Assembly: GCA_977020255.1 (NCBI GenBank)
Contig: CDROCS010003797.1
Coordinates: 62,001-126,000 of the forward strand
Direction: 5' to 3'
Source: Obrimoposthia wandeli
Lineage: Eukaryota
DNA length: 64,000 nt
Below are positions 54,004 through 64,000 of the stretch, in pieces. The stretch's first letter is position 1; each line of letters opens with the position of its first letter. Made by a program: the position numbers and the translations under genes. Below the pieces are notes generated by a model, which did not search any database, was not told the origin of the DNA, and was given only the letters and a program-made list of their open reading frames with translations.

Positions 54004-54945
54004 TTATCTTGCTAGCCTCTGCGCCACTCTAAGTACAGAACTGCGAGAGCGAACATTTTCTTCGACTTCGTCTTTGCTTGGTTTTAGTTTTCGGCCAATC
54101 AAGCTAAATTTTTTGCCTTTATTCAACTCTTCTTCGCTGATCGGCATACCTCGCGGCACTTTCTTACCTTGCGAGTGCTTTTTCATAAACTGCTTAACAA
54201 GACGGTCTTCAAGCGAATGAAAACTGATCACCACCAAACGGCCATCGGTTGCTAATACGGATAAAGACGCTGCCAAAACCTTTTCAATTTGCTCCAATTC
54301 GCTATTAATATACATACGAATCGCCTGAAAACTACGGGTAGCAGGATGCTTTTTAATTTCTCTTTGTGGCGCTGTTTTTTTAATTAGTTGTGCTAATTGT
54401 CCGGTGCGGGTCAACGCGTTGATTTCACGCTCATCAACAATCGCATTGGCAATGCGCCAAGCATGTTTTTCTTCGCCAAAGGTGCGTAATACCCAAGTAA
54501 TATCTTCCACATCGGCAACCGCTAGCCACTCTGCAGCGGTTTGACCACGAGTGGTATCCATGCGCATATCGAGTGGGCCATCTTTCATAAAACTAAAACC
54601 ACGTTCAGCTTCATCAAGTTGCGGCGATGACACGCCCAGATCAAGTAAAATGCCATCAATTTTTTCAACTAACTGATGCTTTTCAACAATCATTTGTAAA
54701 TCGGCAAAGCCATGATGTTCAATGATAAAGCGTTCATCATCAGCATATTTTTCTGCTGCCGCGATGGCTGTTAAGTCGCGATCGATTGCAATCAAACGAC
54801 CATTAGGGCCGAGATTTTCAAGAATCAAACCTGAATGTCCGCCACGACCGAAAGTACAGTCGATATAAATACCCTCTGGTTTTATTGCGAGTCCTGTAAT
54901 TGACTCTGCTAGCAGTACTGAAATATGTGCATTATCGTGTTGCAT
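54004..54945 (-). CDS. rsmH: 16S rRNA m4C1402 methyltransferase
   Basis: [41 protein letters not shown]. Confidence 0.98.
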   Translation of the reverse strand: MQHDNAHISVLLAESITGLAIKPEGIYIDCTFGRGGHSGLILENLGPNGRLIAIDRDLTAIAAAEKYADDERFIIEHHGFADLQMIVEKHQLVEKIDGILLDLGVSSPQLDEAERGFSFMKDGPLDMRMDTTRGQTAAEWLAVADVEDITWVLRTFGEEKHAWRIANAIVDEREINALTRTGQLAQLIKKTAPQREIKKHPATRSFQAIRMYINSELEQIEKVLAASLSVLATDGRLVVISFHSLEDRLVKQFMKKHSQGKKVPRGMPISEEELNKGKKFSLIGRKLKPSKDEVEENVRSRSSVLRVAQRLAR

Positions 54946-54996
54946 TATGAGTTTATTAACGCCATTTTGTTGTCATTATTTTCATTGAACGATTTA

Positions 54997-55455
54997 TCAT
55001 AAAGATAAATCAAGTAAGCGATCAGTCAGCTCTATTTCGCCCGACTGAATTTTCGCAATGCCCTGCTGCATTTGTGTTTGCCAAGCATCTTCGCTCCAAA
55101 TTTCAAACTTTTTCAATTGACCGACCAACATCAAGTTTTTTCCCAACCCTGCATGTTGACGTAAAGGACCGTTAATTAATAACCGACCACTTTTATCAAT
55201 GTCACAATCTGAAGCATTACCTAACAATACTTGCTGCAATAGCCGCTCTTGTGGGTTCATACTCGACAAACCACAAAGCTTTAATTCTATTTCTTCCCAT
55301 TCGGGCAGTGGATATAACAATAAACACGGATGTTGAATATCTACCGTACAGACCATTTTTCCTTGGCAATCAGCAAATAGCTCTTCGCGATACCTTGTAG
55401 GTATCGTGATTCTATTTTTACTGTCGAGCGTAATTGCGCTAGTGCCTCTGTACAT
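54997..55455 (-). CDS. mraZ: Division/cell wall cluster transcriptional repressor MraZ
   Basis: LDSKNRITIP, DIDKSGRLLI, GQLKKFEIW; first gene of dcw. Confidence 0.97.
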   Translation of the reverse strand: MYRGTSAITLDSKNRITIPTRYREELFADCQGKMVCTVDIQHPCLLLYPLPEWEEIELKLCGLSSMNPQERLLQQVLLGNASDCDIDKSGRLLINGPLRQHAGLGKNLMLVGQLKKFEIWSEDAWQTQMQQGIAKIQSGEIELTDRLLDLSL

Positions 55456-55487
55456 AATCCGGTTTATTATTTGAGGATCACTGATGA

Positions 55488-55512
55488 TCCACTAATTCCC
55501 ACTTTATCCCAC
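55488..55512 (-). promoter_or_regulatory. MraZ binding repeats
   Basis: Minus strand GTGGG-ATAAA-GTGGG-GAATT-AGTGGA: three TGGGN-type repeats with 10-bp period just upstream of mraZ, as described for MraZ operators. Confidence 0.8.
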
Positions 55513-55727
55513 ATTGCTACAGTTTAGTGAGTAAAGCAAACTTATGTCAAGCAAAGTTTTCGTAATTTGATCGCGCTGAGCGCCTATAAAATAAAGGCTT
55601 GGAGGGAAGTGAATGAATTTGTGGGCTTTTGTGGATCTCGTACCCAATTCTGGTCGAAAATTAATTATTTTTCGTCCAAATTGCGCTTTCACTGTCACAA
55701 ATCAGCGACAGTGGGCATGAAATTTCC

Positions 55728-56894
55728 CTAAGGGTGGGAGTTAATAATTGTCGTTATTGGGTATAAATGAAAATGCTCACCTTGCAAACGAATGGCTAAC
55801 TTATCACCTAAGAAAAACAAGGTTTGGCTATAAAAACTTAATTGTGAGAACGCTAATGCGTTATTTTGTTCAATACTACTTAAGAGATAGTGATAGCCTT
55901 GCTCGGTCACACCAATATGTTCAACAACAACATTAACAGGCTGTAGGGAAGATAAAGTGAGATCGCTCGCTTTAACTAACAGTTGATAGCTAAGTGCTGC
56001 TTCATTATTTACATTCTGGTTCTTATTTACATTCTGCGCCCGATGTTCGGCAAAAATATCACCAACAAAGTCATTAATAATGGCACTAGGCTCTAATGTA
56101 CCTATTAAGCTAGACACTTTTTTGCTGTGTTCGTTTGCTAATACAGCAACTGGCAACCAACTACCTAACTGTAAAAAATCAGCAACTTGCCAGCTATTTG
56201 GTTGTTGGCATACAAGTGCAGGAGCACCTACTTGCAGTACTTTACCTTGATGCATAACGGCAATTTTATCAGCAAAAGTGAATACTTCGTCTTTATTATG
56301 GGTAACAAATATAGCGGTCATACCTAGGCGCTTTAACAGCTGCCTAATTTCAATCATCAACTCATTGCGTAATCTTGCATCAATATTGGAAAAGGGCTCG
56401 TCTAGCAATAGTAAACTGGGTTGTGGCGCTAAAGCGCGAGCAATAGCAACCCGCTGCTGTTGACCGCCTGATAGCTGATGTGGATAGCGCGCTGAAAACT
56501 CAGTTAACTCAAGTAAAGTTAATAGCTCTTCGCAACGTGAGACTTGTTCAGCTTTAGCTATTTTTTTCAGACCAAAGCAAATGTTTTCACTCACCGTGAG
56601 GTGGGGGAACAACGCATAGTCTTGAAATATCATCCCAATATTGCGCTGCTCAGGCGGCAGTAAGTTATCTGGACTGATCTTTATTTTTTCCAGAGCCCCC
56701 GCGTCAATTTCAATCGTACCGGCACTTTGTCCGATAAAGCCGGCTAAAGTGTTAAGCAAGGTAGTTTTACCACAGCCACTAGGACCAACAAGGCCCATTA
56801 TTTCACCTGTAGCTAATGATAAATCAACTTGCGATAAAATCATTCTATCCTGTAACTCAACCGCTAGATCTTCAATGGTAATCAGTGCTTTCAC
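55728..56894 (-). CDS. fbpC: Fe3+ ABC transporter ATP-binding protein (FbpC-like)
   Basis: GPSGCGKT, LSGGQQQRVA, LLLDEPFS; in operon with iron permease and binding protein. Confidence 0.85.
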   Translation of the reverse strand: MKALITIEDLAVELQDRMILSQVDLSLATGEIMGLVGPSGCGKTTLLNTLAGFIGQSAGTIEIDAGALEKIKISPDNLLPPEQRNIGMIFQDYALFPHLTVSENICFGLKKIAKAEQVSRCEELLTLLELTEFSARYPHQLSGGQQQRVAIARALAPQPSLLLLDEPFSNIDARLRNELMIEIRQLLKRLGMTAIFVTHNKDEVFTFADKIAVMHQGKVLQVGAPALVCQQPNSWQVADFLQLGSWLPVAVLANEHSKKVSSLIGTLEPSAIINDFVGDIFAEHRAQNVNKNQNVNNEAALSYQLLVKASDLTLSSLQPVNVVVEHIGVTEQGYHYLLSSIEQNNALAFSQLSFYSQTLFFLGDKLAIRLQGEHFHLYPITTIINSHP

Positions 56895-58519
56895 TTGTTG
56901 TCCTTCTGGCGATTAAGAAAAATAATAGGTAATAAGCCAAACAGCACAATTAAAATGGCGCCTAATGCCCCTTGCTCTAATCGTTCATCAGAGATCAGCT
57001 GATATATTTGTGTGCTTAAGGTTTCAAAATTAAATGGTCGTAATAAAAGTACCGCGGGTAGCTCTTTCATCGCTTCAACAAAAACGAGTAGCCAAGCAAC
57101 CAGAATAGATGACTTTAATAAAGGTAAATGCACACGTAATACGGCTGGCAAAGTTTTCATGCCTAAACTGGCTGGCGCTAAATCAAGTGATTTGGGAATT
57201 TGGCCAATACCGGCGTTAATGGTGCCATTAGCGATAGCTGAAAATCGTACGACAAAAGCAAAAACAATGGCAAAAACCGTACCTGAAAGTATTAAACCAG
57301 GCGCTTTAAAATCTAAAGACTTGGCAACATCGTTAATCATATGATCAAGAGGACCAAAAGTCGCCAGCATTGCCATGGCAAGTACAGTACCGGGGATAGC
57401 ATAACCAATGCCTGATATTTGTACTGGTATCATGCGAGCACGACTTTGATGCAGTCGCTGAAACAAAGTCAACATTAAGGCAATTAAGGTCGCAATAGTG
57501 GCACTGTAAGTGGCTATTTCGATACTGTTTCTTCCGGTTTCAAGCAACGCAACGAACTGTGAGTAGTCAGCGTAATCAAGCGCCATCGACAGCAATAAAA
57601 TAACCGGTAATAAGAAACCAGCAAAAACGAGAAACCAACAAAATAGACTCGCGACTATTTGTTGCACAACAGACAGCTGCTTGCGCTCGTGCTGTGTATT
57701 AGGCCGGCTTGATTGATGTCTTTGCCCTGCGCGTGCACGCTGCTCAGCAACCACAATAAATAAAATAAAGAGCATGAGTACACTAGCAAGCGCGTTAGCC
57801 GCAGCAAAATCACTGTAGCCAAGCCAAGTATCATAAATGGCCGTGGTTAAGGTGTTAACCGCAAAGTATTGCACCGTAGCAAAGTCGGCTAGCGTTTCCA
57901 TGGTGACTAATGCTAGTGACACAGCAATCGCCGGGCGAGCTAACGGTAGTGCGACCTGATAAAAACTTTGACGTTCAGTACAGCCCAATAAACGACTGGC
58001 ACGCAATAAATTACGGTCTTGTTGTTCAAATGCGGTACGCGTCAACATATAAACATAAGGAAATAACACTAAGGCAATAACAATAGCTGCACCGCCTATG
58101 GTTCTAATATCAAAAAAGTAGTAGTCATTAGGCGAACTCCAGCCAAACCATGCTCGCAATAAGCGTTGCACGGGACCGGCATAATCAAATAGATCCGTAT
58201 ATAAATAGGCAACCAAATAGGCAGGCATAGCGAGGGGCAACATCAGCAACCATCTCAGCTGTTTACCCATAACAATATTAGTTTGACTGATAATCGCTGC
58301 GGCAGGCACGCCAAAGCCAAGCGATAATAGAGCAACTAAAACACCCAGTAATAATGTATTACGAACATACTCAGGTAATACGGTTGCCCATAAATGACTA
58401 AACAGTTCGCTTGAGGCGTTCATGCTAGCAAATAACATCACCGCAATGGGCGTCATTAGGACGAGAGCAAAAAACCAGCTGAAAAATTTCCAGCTGGCAC
58501 TTTTATTAGCGATGATCAC
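56891..58519 (-). CDS. fbpB: Fe3+ ABC transporter permease (FbpB-like, duplicated TM domain)
   Basis: PLAMPAYLVAY, PYVYML, ETLADFATV, EAMKELPAVLLLRPFNFETL. Confidence 0.88.
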   Translation of the reverse strand: MIIANKSASWKFFSWFFALVLMTPIAVMLFASMNASSELFSHLWATVLPEYVRNTLLLGVLVALLSLGFGVPAAAIISQTNIVMGKQLRWLLMLPLAMPAYLVAYLYTDLFDYAGPVQRLLRAWFGWSSPNDYYFFDIRTIGGAAIVIALVLFPYVYMLTRTAFEQQDRNLLRASRLLGCTERQSFYQVALPLARPAIAVSLALVTMETLADFATVQYFAVNTLTTAIYDTWLGYSDFAAANALASVLMLFILFIVVAEQRARAGQRHQSSRPNTQHERKQLSVVQQIVASLFCWFLVFAGFLLPVILLLSMALDYADYSQFVALLETGRNSIEIATYSATIATLIALMLTLFQRLHQSRARMIPVQISGIGYAIPGTVLAMAMLATFGPLDHMINDVAKSLDFKAPGLILSGTVFAIVFAFVVRFSAIANGTINAGIGQIPKSLDLAPASLGMKTLPAVLRVHLPLLKSSILVAWLLVFVEAMKELPAVLLLRPFNFETLSTQIYQLISDERLEQGALGAILIVLFGLLPIIFLNRQKDNK

Positions 58520-58543
58520 GAGAGAAAATATTAATGGCAGTAA

Positions 58544-59557
58544 CTATAGGTCAAATTGTGCTTTATCTAGCAAGATTAAAGCAGCTTTACGATGTTTTGC
58601 AATAGCTTCTAAAGACAAATTGTCTGCTTTGAATTCACCCCAAGAGGCAACTAATTTAGAAGGTTTTACACCTGGGCGTACTGGATATTCCATATTAGTT
58701 TCAGCATACATATGTTGTGCTTCTTCTGAGACTAAAAAGTTCATTAACGCTAAAGCGTTCGCTTTATTAGGCGCGTACTTTGCCATACCCATACCGGAAA
58801 TATTAACGTGCGCACCGCGATTACCTTGATTCGGAAAATTGATATTAACAGCATCAGCCCAAACTTTTTGTTTCTCGTCTTTGATCATATTGCCAAAGTA
58901 ATAGCTATTGCCTAACGAAACATCACATAAATTTTGGTGGATAGCTTGTACTTGTGCACGGTCGCTACCTTGAGGCTTACGTGCTAAGTTTGCTTTAACT
59001 TTCTCTAACCATACCAAGGTATCAGCTTCACCATGCTCTGCAATCATAGCAGCGACTAACGCAACATTGTAAGGGTGCTTACCACTACGAGTACAAATTC
59101 TACCCTGCCATTTTTTATCAGCAAGATCTTCATAATTAAAATCTATATTACCCAGTCTTTTTGCTGAGTAAATATTACGTACACGTGTCGTTAGCGCGTA
59201 CCATGTATCGTCAGCGGCTTTAAATTGTGTGGGAATAGCAGCAGTCAGCTCGTCCGATTGAACGGCTTGCAACAAACCTTTATCTTTTAATTCTATCAAA
59301 CGGCTAATATCAGTTGTTAATAGAAGGTCTGCAGGGCTGTATTCACCTTCTCGCTCTAAACGCTCTGCCATACCTTTTTTAGCAAAAACAACATTAACGT
59401 TGATACCCGTTTTTTCAGTGAATACATCAAACAACGGCTTAACCAAAAAAGGCTGACGGTAAGAGTAAACATTTACGTCATCACTTGCAGCAACATTAAT
59501 ACTTGCACCTAATAATGCAAAAAATATAAGTAGAGAAAACCAGATCTTATTTAACAT
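58544..59557 (-). CDS. fbpA: Fe3+ ABC transporter substrate-binding protein (FbpA/FutA-like)
   Basis: Signal peptide, NVYSYRQ, EGEYSPADLLLT, RSGKHPYN, GNSYYFG tyrosine ligands; Fur box upstream. Confidence 0.88.
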   Translation of the reverse strand: MLNKIWFSLLIFFALLGASINVAASDDVNVYSYRQPFLVKPLFDVFTEKTGINVNVVFAKKGMAERLEREGEYSPADLLLTTDISRLIELKDKGLLQAVQSDELTAAIPTQFKAADDTWYALTTRVRNIYSAKRLGNIDFNYEDLADKKWQGRICTRSGKHPYNVALVAAMIAEHGEADTLVWLEKVKANLARKPQGSDRAQVQAIHQNLCDVSLGNSYYFGNMIKDEKQKVWADAVNINFPNQGNRGAHVNISGMGMAKYAPNKANALALMNFLVSEEAQHMYAETNMEYPVRPGVKPSKLVASWGEFKADNLSLEAIAKHRKAALILLDKAQFDL

Positions 59558-59637
59558 AGAGCCCGCCTAAACAAAGAAGTTGATGGATTTAAATTTGCCG
59601 CCAGACTAATGAAGATGCCTAGCACTGTCAAGATTTT

Positions 59638-59652
59638 TGAGAATTATTCTCA
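59638..59652. promoter_or_regulatory. Fur box upstream of fbpA
   Basis: TGAGAAT-T-ATTCTCA perfect 7-1-7 inverted repeat resembling the Fur consensus TGATAATnATTATCA, about 80 bp upstream of the iron-binding protein gene. Confidence 0.8.
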
Positions 59653-59806
59653 TTTAACTTTTCGCTAAGAAAAATTAGGCCAAATAGCCGCGTAAGCCTT
59701 TATTTATCGCACGACAATAGAAAAATCATTATAATTAATAAGTTTTTATTACGCTAAAGAAGTATAAAATCGTCTATAAAAGCGTGCAATAACTAAACAG
59801 CTGAAA

Positions 59807-60298
59807 CTAGCCTGATGATTTTGTTTCACTTTTAGCTTTTAGAAAGGCTTGAGCCGACTCAGAAAGACAACGATTAGTAAGATAATGTCGGGTTGAATTA
59901 TGGCTAACTAACCAGCCTTTATGTGTTGGTGTTATTAGCTCAATATCACTAAAAAGCATTTCAATATCATTATAAAATGACCAAATATGAATACTACTTT
60001 CGGTTATCTCTAAACTAACTTCAGCTTTCGCTACTTTACTCAACATTTGCCGTGCTACCCACCATGCTTTACGATATTTAGTGCTGAGCAACTCAAGTAT
60101 ACCTAATGAAAAAATAAACCAGGCAGCATACGGGTTCAATTCAGAGAACAAAACTAAACCTGCGCCAGCAGCAAGTAAGAATGCTCCTTTACCATATAAC
60201 GTCATAAAAGGCTGTTCTTGCACAGACTCGTCAAAACACTCACTAAAGTGAGATTTATCTAAAATAAAAGTTGTTTTATAGCTAAAGGGGTTGGTCAT
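59807..60298 (-). CDS. YcxB-like membrane protein
   Basis: Two TM segments followed by a small beta-rich domain ending in YLTNRCL; family call by resemblance only. Confidence 0.6.
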   Translation of the reverse strand: MTNPFSYKTTFILDKSHFSECFDESVQEQPFMTLYGKGAFLLAAGAGLVLFSELNPYAAWFIFSLGILELLSTKYRKAWWVARQMLSKVAKAEVSLEITESSIHIWSFYNDIEMLFSDIELITPTHKGWLVSHNSTRHYLTNRCLSESAQAFLKAKSETKSSG

Positions 60299-60549
60299 AT
60301 GGTAATCGTATTCAATGAGGTTATCAGCATTTTACCTACATCTAAGGGTAATACCAAACGGATTAAGTGACTTTATGGTTTTTGAGCGCTTAATACCTGA
60401 ATAATGTCAGCGCTTATTAGGTATTACTTATTTTTTATCTCTTACGGTGTTATGCGCTTAAGTGTTAAATCAGCAGGCCAAAACAAGGCTAGGCTGATTA
60501 ACTCTCATTTGCTATTAGTGACTTAGTATAGAAAAATCTGTATTCACGA

Positions 60550-61161
60550 TTATTTATCTTCACTCGTGGGAGCACTTTCACTGACATTATCTGCTGATTT
60601 TTTTTCAAACGTTGTTGGAGAAACTTCTGACGTTGAATTTTTATTATCCTGTACACTGTTACTATTGTTATGGCTGTTGCTATGGCTGTTTAACAAAGCT
60701 AAATAATCAGCAATCTTTTGCTTTGCCGACGCGGTTAAATCACCGACTTGTTGCTGCTCTTCAATTATGGTTTCAATTTTGCCGAAGAGGTTATCAAGCT
60801 TACTATCGACTTGTGACTTTTCGACCTTCACCGTATCAAAATCTGCCAAGTTAGACTCATTCTCTGTGTTGGCAATATTGTCATCAACATAAGTATTATT
60901 TTTATCTTCATCACGCTTTGGCTGAGCATTTTCCGGCAAATCACCAAACAAATTTAACCAATGATCGGTATTATGCCCCCATTGCATTAAACGTTGAAAA
61001 TAGCCCTGTTCTTTACTATTGCCCTTGAACAAATCGAGCACGGTAAAAATAATAGCGACTGGACTCAGTAATAAATCTCTTACGGCATCTAAAGTCAGCT
61101 TGATCTGAAATTTGATACTTTCGCGAATCAATTGCCAGCGCTGTTTTTTAGAATCGGTCAT
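60550..61161 (-). CDS. Hypothetical protein
   Basis: 203-aa ORF; ordered-looking N-terminal half with hydrophobic segment (LLLSPVAIIFTVLDLF) and low-complexity Asn/Ser C-terminus. Confidence 0.65.
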   Translation of the reverse strand: MTDSKKQRWQLIRESIKFQIKLTLDAVRDLLLSPVAIIFTVLDLFKGNSKEQGYFQRLMQWGHNTDHWLNLFGDLPENAQPKRDEDKNNTYVDDNIANTENESNLADFDTVKVEKSQVDSKLDNLFGKIETIIEEQQQVGDLTASAKQKIADYLALLNSHSNSHNNSNSVQDNKNSTSEVSPTTFEKKSADNVSESAPTSEDK

Positions 61162-61454
61162 CTTGCTTCCTTTCTTATTGCTTCATCATTAGATTTTTAG
61201 CTTAAGTAACATTAATGTCATGAATTAGGCGAGCTACTTTTATGAGGGAAAAGCTAAATACAAAGCGTTAAATTTAGTCAATCGTTATTAATTAAATACA
61301 TTTTAGCATGCAGTTTTTATTCATTTTAACCATTAAAAGTGTGCCAATAACCAATCAGCTCGACATAACAAGCATTTCTTTTAATATCATTAAGGTATGC
61401 AGAATTGGCTTGGTATCATTGCCATAGTAGCGGTTTGAGTAAAATTTAGGTAAT

Positions 61455-61479
61455 AAAAAACCGCGTTAAACGCGGTTTT
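61455..61479 (-). terminator. Intrinsic terminator of mdh
   Basis: AAAAAACCGCGT-TAA-ACGCGGTTTT. Confidence 0.85.
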
Positions 61480-61500
61480 CTCAACTAACACTTAACAAGA

Positions 61501-62436
61501 TTAGCCGTTGATAAAATCAAAGCCTTCTTGGATGTCAGCTTTTAATGTTGCAAGCATGTCATCTTTTGCTTTTTGTTCAAAAGCACTAAGTTCGCCGTAT
61601 GGCAATACTTCAACAATACCATTAACACCTAAACGTACTGGGTGAGCAAAGTATGGTGCATCACCACCTTCAACTTCTACGTAAGCGTAATCAACAACGT
61701 CTTCACCTTGTAAACCTTTAACTAAAGATAAACAAAAACGAGCTGCAGCTGCGCCCATTGAAAGTGTTGCAGAGCCGCCACCAGCTTTAGCATTAACAAC
61801 TTCAGTACCCGCATTTTGAATGCGTGGTGTTAAGGCTGCAACTTCTTCATCAGAGAAAGTAACACCTTCAACTTGTGAAAGAAGTGGTAAAATTGTAGTA
61901 CCTGAATGGCCACCAATAACTGGAATTTTAACATCGCTAACGTTCAAGCCTTTTAATTCAGCAATGAAAGCTTCAGAGCGAATAACATCAAGCGTCGTTA
62001 CACCAAAAACACGGTTTTTATCATACGTACCGGCTTTTTTGAAAACTTCAGCAACAATTGGCACTGTACCGTTTACTGGGTTAGTAATAATACCCACTAA
62101 TGCTTTAGGACAGTTAGCAACAATGCCTTCCGCTAAAGTTTTGATAATACCAGCATTAACGGCAAATAAATCAGCACGATCCATACCAGGCTTACGTGGC
62201 ATACCCGCTGGAATAATTACAATATCAGCACCCGTAAGTGCGCCGGCTAAATCGTCAGCACCAAAACCAGCAACTTTTACTGCTGTAGGGATGTGTGATA
62301 AATCAACGGCAACACCTGGAACTACTGGTGCAACGTCATATAAAGATAGCTCAGAACCTGCAGGTAATTGAGTTTTTAATAGTAAAGATAACGCTTGACC
62401 GATTCCGCCAGCAGCGCCTAGCACAGCAACTTTCAT
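61501..62436 (-). CDS. mdh: Malate dehydrogenase
   Basis: [16 protein letters not shown] start at ATG 62436 (311 aa), [25 protein letters not shown]. Confidence 0.98.
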   Translation of the reverse strand: MKVAVLGAAGGIGQALSLLLKTQLPAGSELSLYDVAPVVPGVAVDLSHIPTAVKVAGFGADDLAGALTGADIVIIPAGMPRKPGMDRADLFAVNAGIIKTLAEGIVANCPKALVGIITNPVNGTVPIVAEVFKKAGTYDKNRVFGVTTLDVIRSEAFIAELKGLNVSDVKIPVIGGHSGTTILPLLSQVEGVTFSDEEVAALTPRIQNAGTEVVNAKAGGGSATLSMGAAAARFCLSLVKGLQGEDVVDYAYVEVEGGDAPYFAHPVRLGVNGIVEVLPYGELSAFEQKAKDDMLATLKADIQEGFDFING

Positions 62437-62691
62437 TTGATGTCTCCGAAAATTTGAGTAATTACGTAATAATTTGTCGGCCAAAAGATATAGCATAAAT
62501 GGCCAAAAAACAATGATTATAGCCATTCTATCAAATTTATTCGCCACTGATCGCGTCATAACTTAACAGAGCAAGTATTTTTCACCTGTATTGGCATATA
62601 AGGATAACGTATAATAAAAATTGTGAAATAATACTTAAGTATTAAAAGCCGATATTCGTCGGCCATAATTTTTATCAGGTAGTGAGCCTAT

Positions 62692-63165
62692 ATGCGCGGA
62701 CAACAAAAACAGGAAGCTTTAGTACAGGCATTCAAAGATTTATTAAAGCAGGAACAATTTAGTTCGCAAGGTGATATTGCCGATGCCTTAAAGTTGCAAG
62801 GTTTTGAGAACATTAGCCAGTCAAAAGTATCGCGTATGTTAAGTAAGTTTGGCGCGGTGCGAACACGTAATGCCCGTCAAGAAATGGTCTATTGCTTGCC
62901 TGCGGAGCTCGGCATGCCAACAGCTAAAAGCCCCCTTAAGCAGCTAGTGCTAGATATTGAGCACAATGATGTCATGATTATTATTCGCACTAGCCCTGGT
63001 GCAGCACAGTTAATTGCGCGCTTGCTCGATAGTGTCAGTAAAAGTGATGGTGTTTTAGGTACGATTGCTGGTGATGATACTATTTTTATTGCCCCAACCA
63101 ATGTCAAAGAAATTAAGCAGACCATCACTAAACTTGAAGCGTTATTTTTGAAAAACTTAACATAA
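62692..63165 (+). CDS. argR: Arginine repressor
   Basis: [34 protein letters not shown]; divergent from mdh as in E. coli. Confidence 0.97.
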   Translation: MRGQQKQEALVQAFKDLLKQEQFSSQGDIADALKLQGFENISQSKVSRMLSKFGAVRTRNARQEMVYCLPAELGMPTAKSPLKQLVLDIEHNDVMIIIRTSPGAAQLIARLLDSVSKSDGVLGTIAGDDTIFIAPTNVKEIKQTITKLEALFLKNLT

Positions 63166-63315
63166 CTTCAAGCTAACTTAAAAGCTGATTTACAAATTAG
63201 CTTTATTTCTTCTTGCTAGCTGAGTGGGGAAATTAATTGTAAAGTTGCTATTAACACTTAGCAACGCTTATCTCAACTCTACATTTGGATCAGCAGAGTT
63301 GAGATGCAGCACTGG

Positions 63316-64000
63316 TTATGACTCGTCGAGCTGTGCTAAAACATTTAAGCTCGGCACAAAAAATGCTGCACCGGTTTCAGCCTGCGTGTACTTAAGTAGA
63401 TGATCACTATGGCCATGAGCATCGCCGCAAATCATGCTTTTTAGCATCAATTCAAAAGGCTCAGGCGAACTGCAATAAGACACAAAAAACAACCCTTGTA
63501 TCTTCATATCACCATACGGCATGCTTTGTCGTAATATCTCAAGACTATTGCCGTCACTATCTTTTAAGTTAACCCGTTTGATATGGGACGTAGGGGCTTT
63601 GTTTTCTTCTGAATACTCTTCGTTATTAACTTTAGTACGTGAAAAAACATCTTCTTGTTCTTTTACTTCCAATGAGTTCCATAGGTTTAAATTATGACGA
63701 TAACGTTGAATATGTAGATAACTACCGGCAGAGAAGTCAGCATCTTGCTCTTCATTAACCAGTGCAACTCGGCGACGATGGTGCCCCTGAGGATTTTCGG
63801 TGCCGTCGACAAAGCCGCTTAAATCACGACCATCTAGAAACCGGAATGCCCGCACTTGCTCAACTAACTCAACACTGTCAGCCAATAACTGACACACTTT
63901 AGTGGCGACAATGTGATTAACGTCAGCACGGTCACCCCGAATTTCGATATAAAGATCGTAATTATTGGTTGGTGCAATGCAATCTTCCACCGCCATTTCG
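63316..64000 (-). CDS. Dyp-type peroxidase, 5' end outside window
   Basis: RDLSGFVDGTENP (GxxDG motif), SHIKRVN, ILRQSMPYG, GLFFVSY; frame remains open past 63996 to the window edge. Confidence 0.92.
   Translation of the reverse strand, partial: EMAVEDCIAPTNNYDLYIEIRGDRADVNHIVATKVCQLLADSVELVEQVRAFRFLDGRDLSGFVDGTENPQGHHRRRVALVNEEQDADFSAGSYLHIQRYRHNLNLWNSLEVKEQEDVFSRTKVNNEEYSEENKAPTSHIKRVNLKDSDGNSLEILRQSMPYGDMKIQGLFFVSYCSSPEPFELMLKSMICGDAHGHSDHLLKYTQAETGAAFFVPSLNVLAQLDES

Noticed and set aside
62437-62691. ARG boxes in the mdh-argR divergent region
   Set aside because: Expected from E. coli but no convincing match to TGAAT-N4-ATTCA seen.

Overview
AT-rich marine gammaproteobacterial chromosome segment. 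Gene content and protein sequences suggest Alteromonadales, probably Colwelliaceae (inference, no database search run). Most of the window is conserved core: an RND efflux pair cut by the left edge, yacL, two head-to-head aconitase B genes, pdhR-aceE-aceF-lpdA, ampDE, nadC, pilABCD-coaE-zapD-yacG, mutT, secA, M23 peptidase/dciA, the dcw cluster mraZ to lpxC, an Fe3+ ABC transporter with a Fur box, mdh, argR and a Dyp peroxidase cut by the right edge. I saw no rRNA, tRNA, CRISPR, transposase or phage genes. The least explained feature is a 412-bp ERIC/MITE-like element (5731-6142) with 26-bp terminal inverted repeats. Its interior carries a cassette of GGA-loop hairpins closely matching the CsrA/RsmA binding consensus, partly amplified by a 49-bp tandem duplication. 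A 46-bp termini-only copy lies at 12728-12773. Also notable are the two distinct AcnB types, divergently transcribed, and a CxxCH (heme c motif) chemoreceptor inserted between lpxC and dciA. All structure and function calls are by eye and untested.
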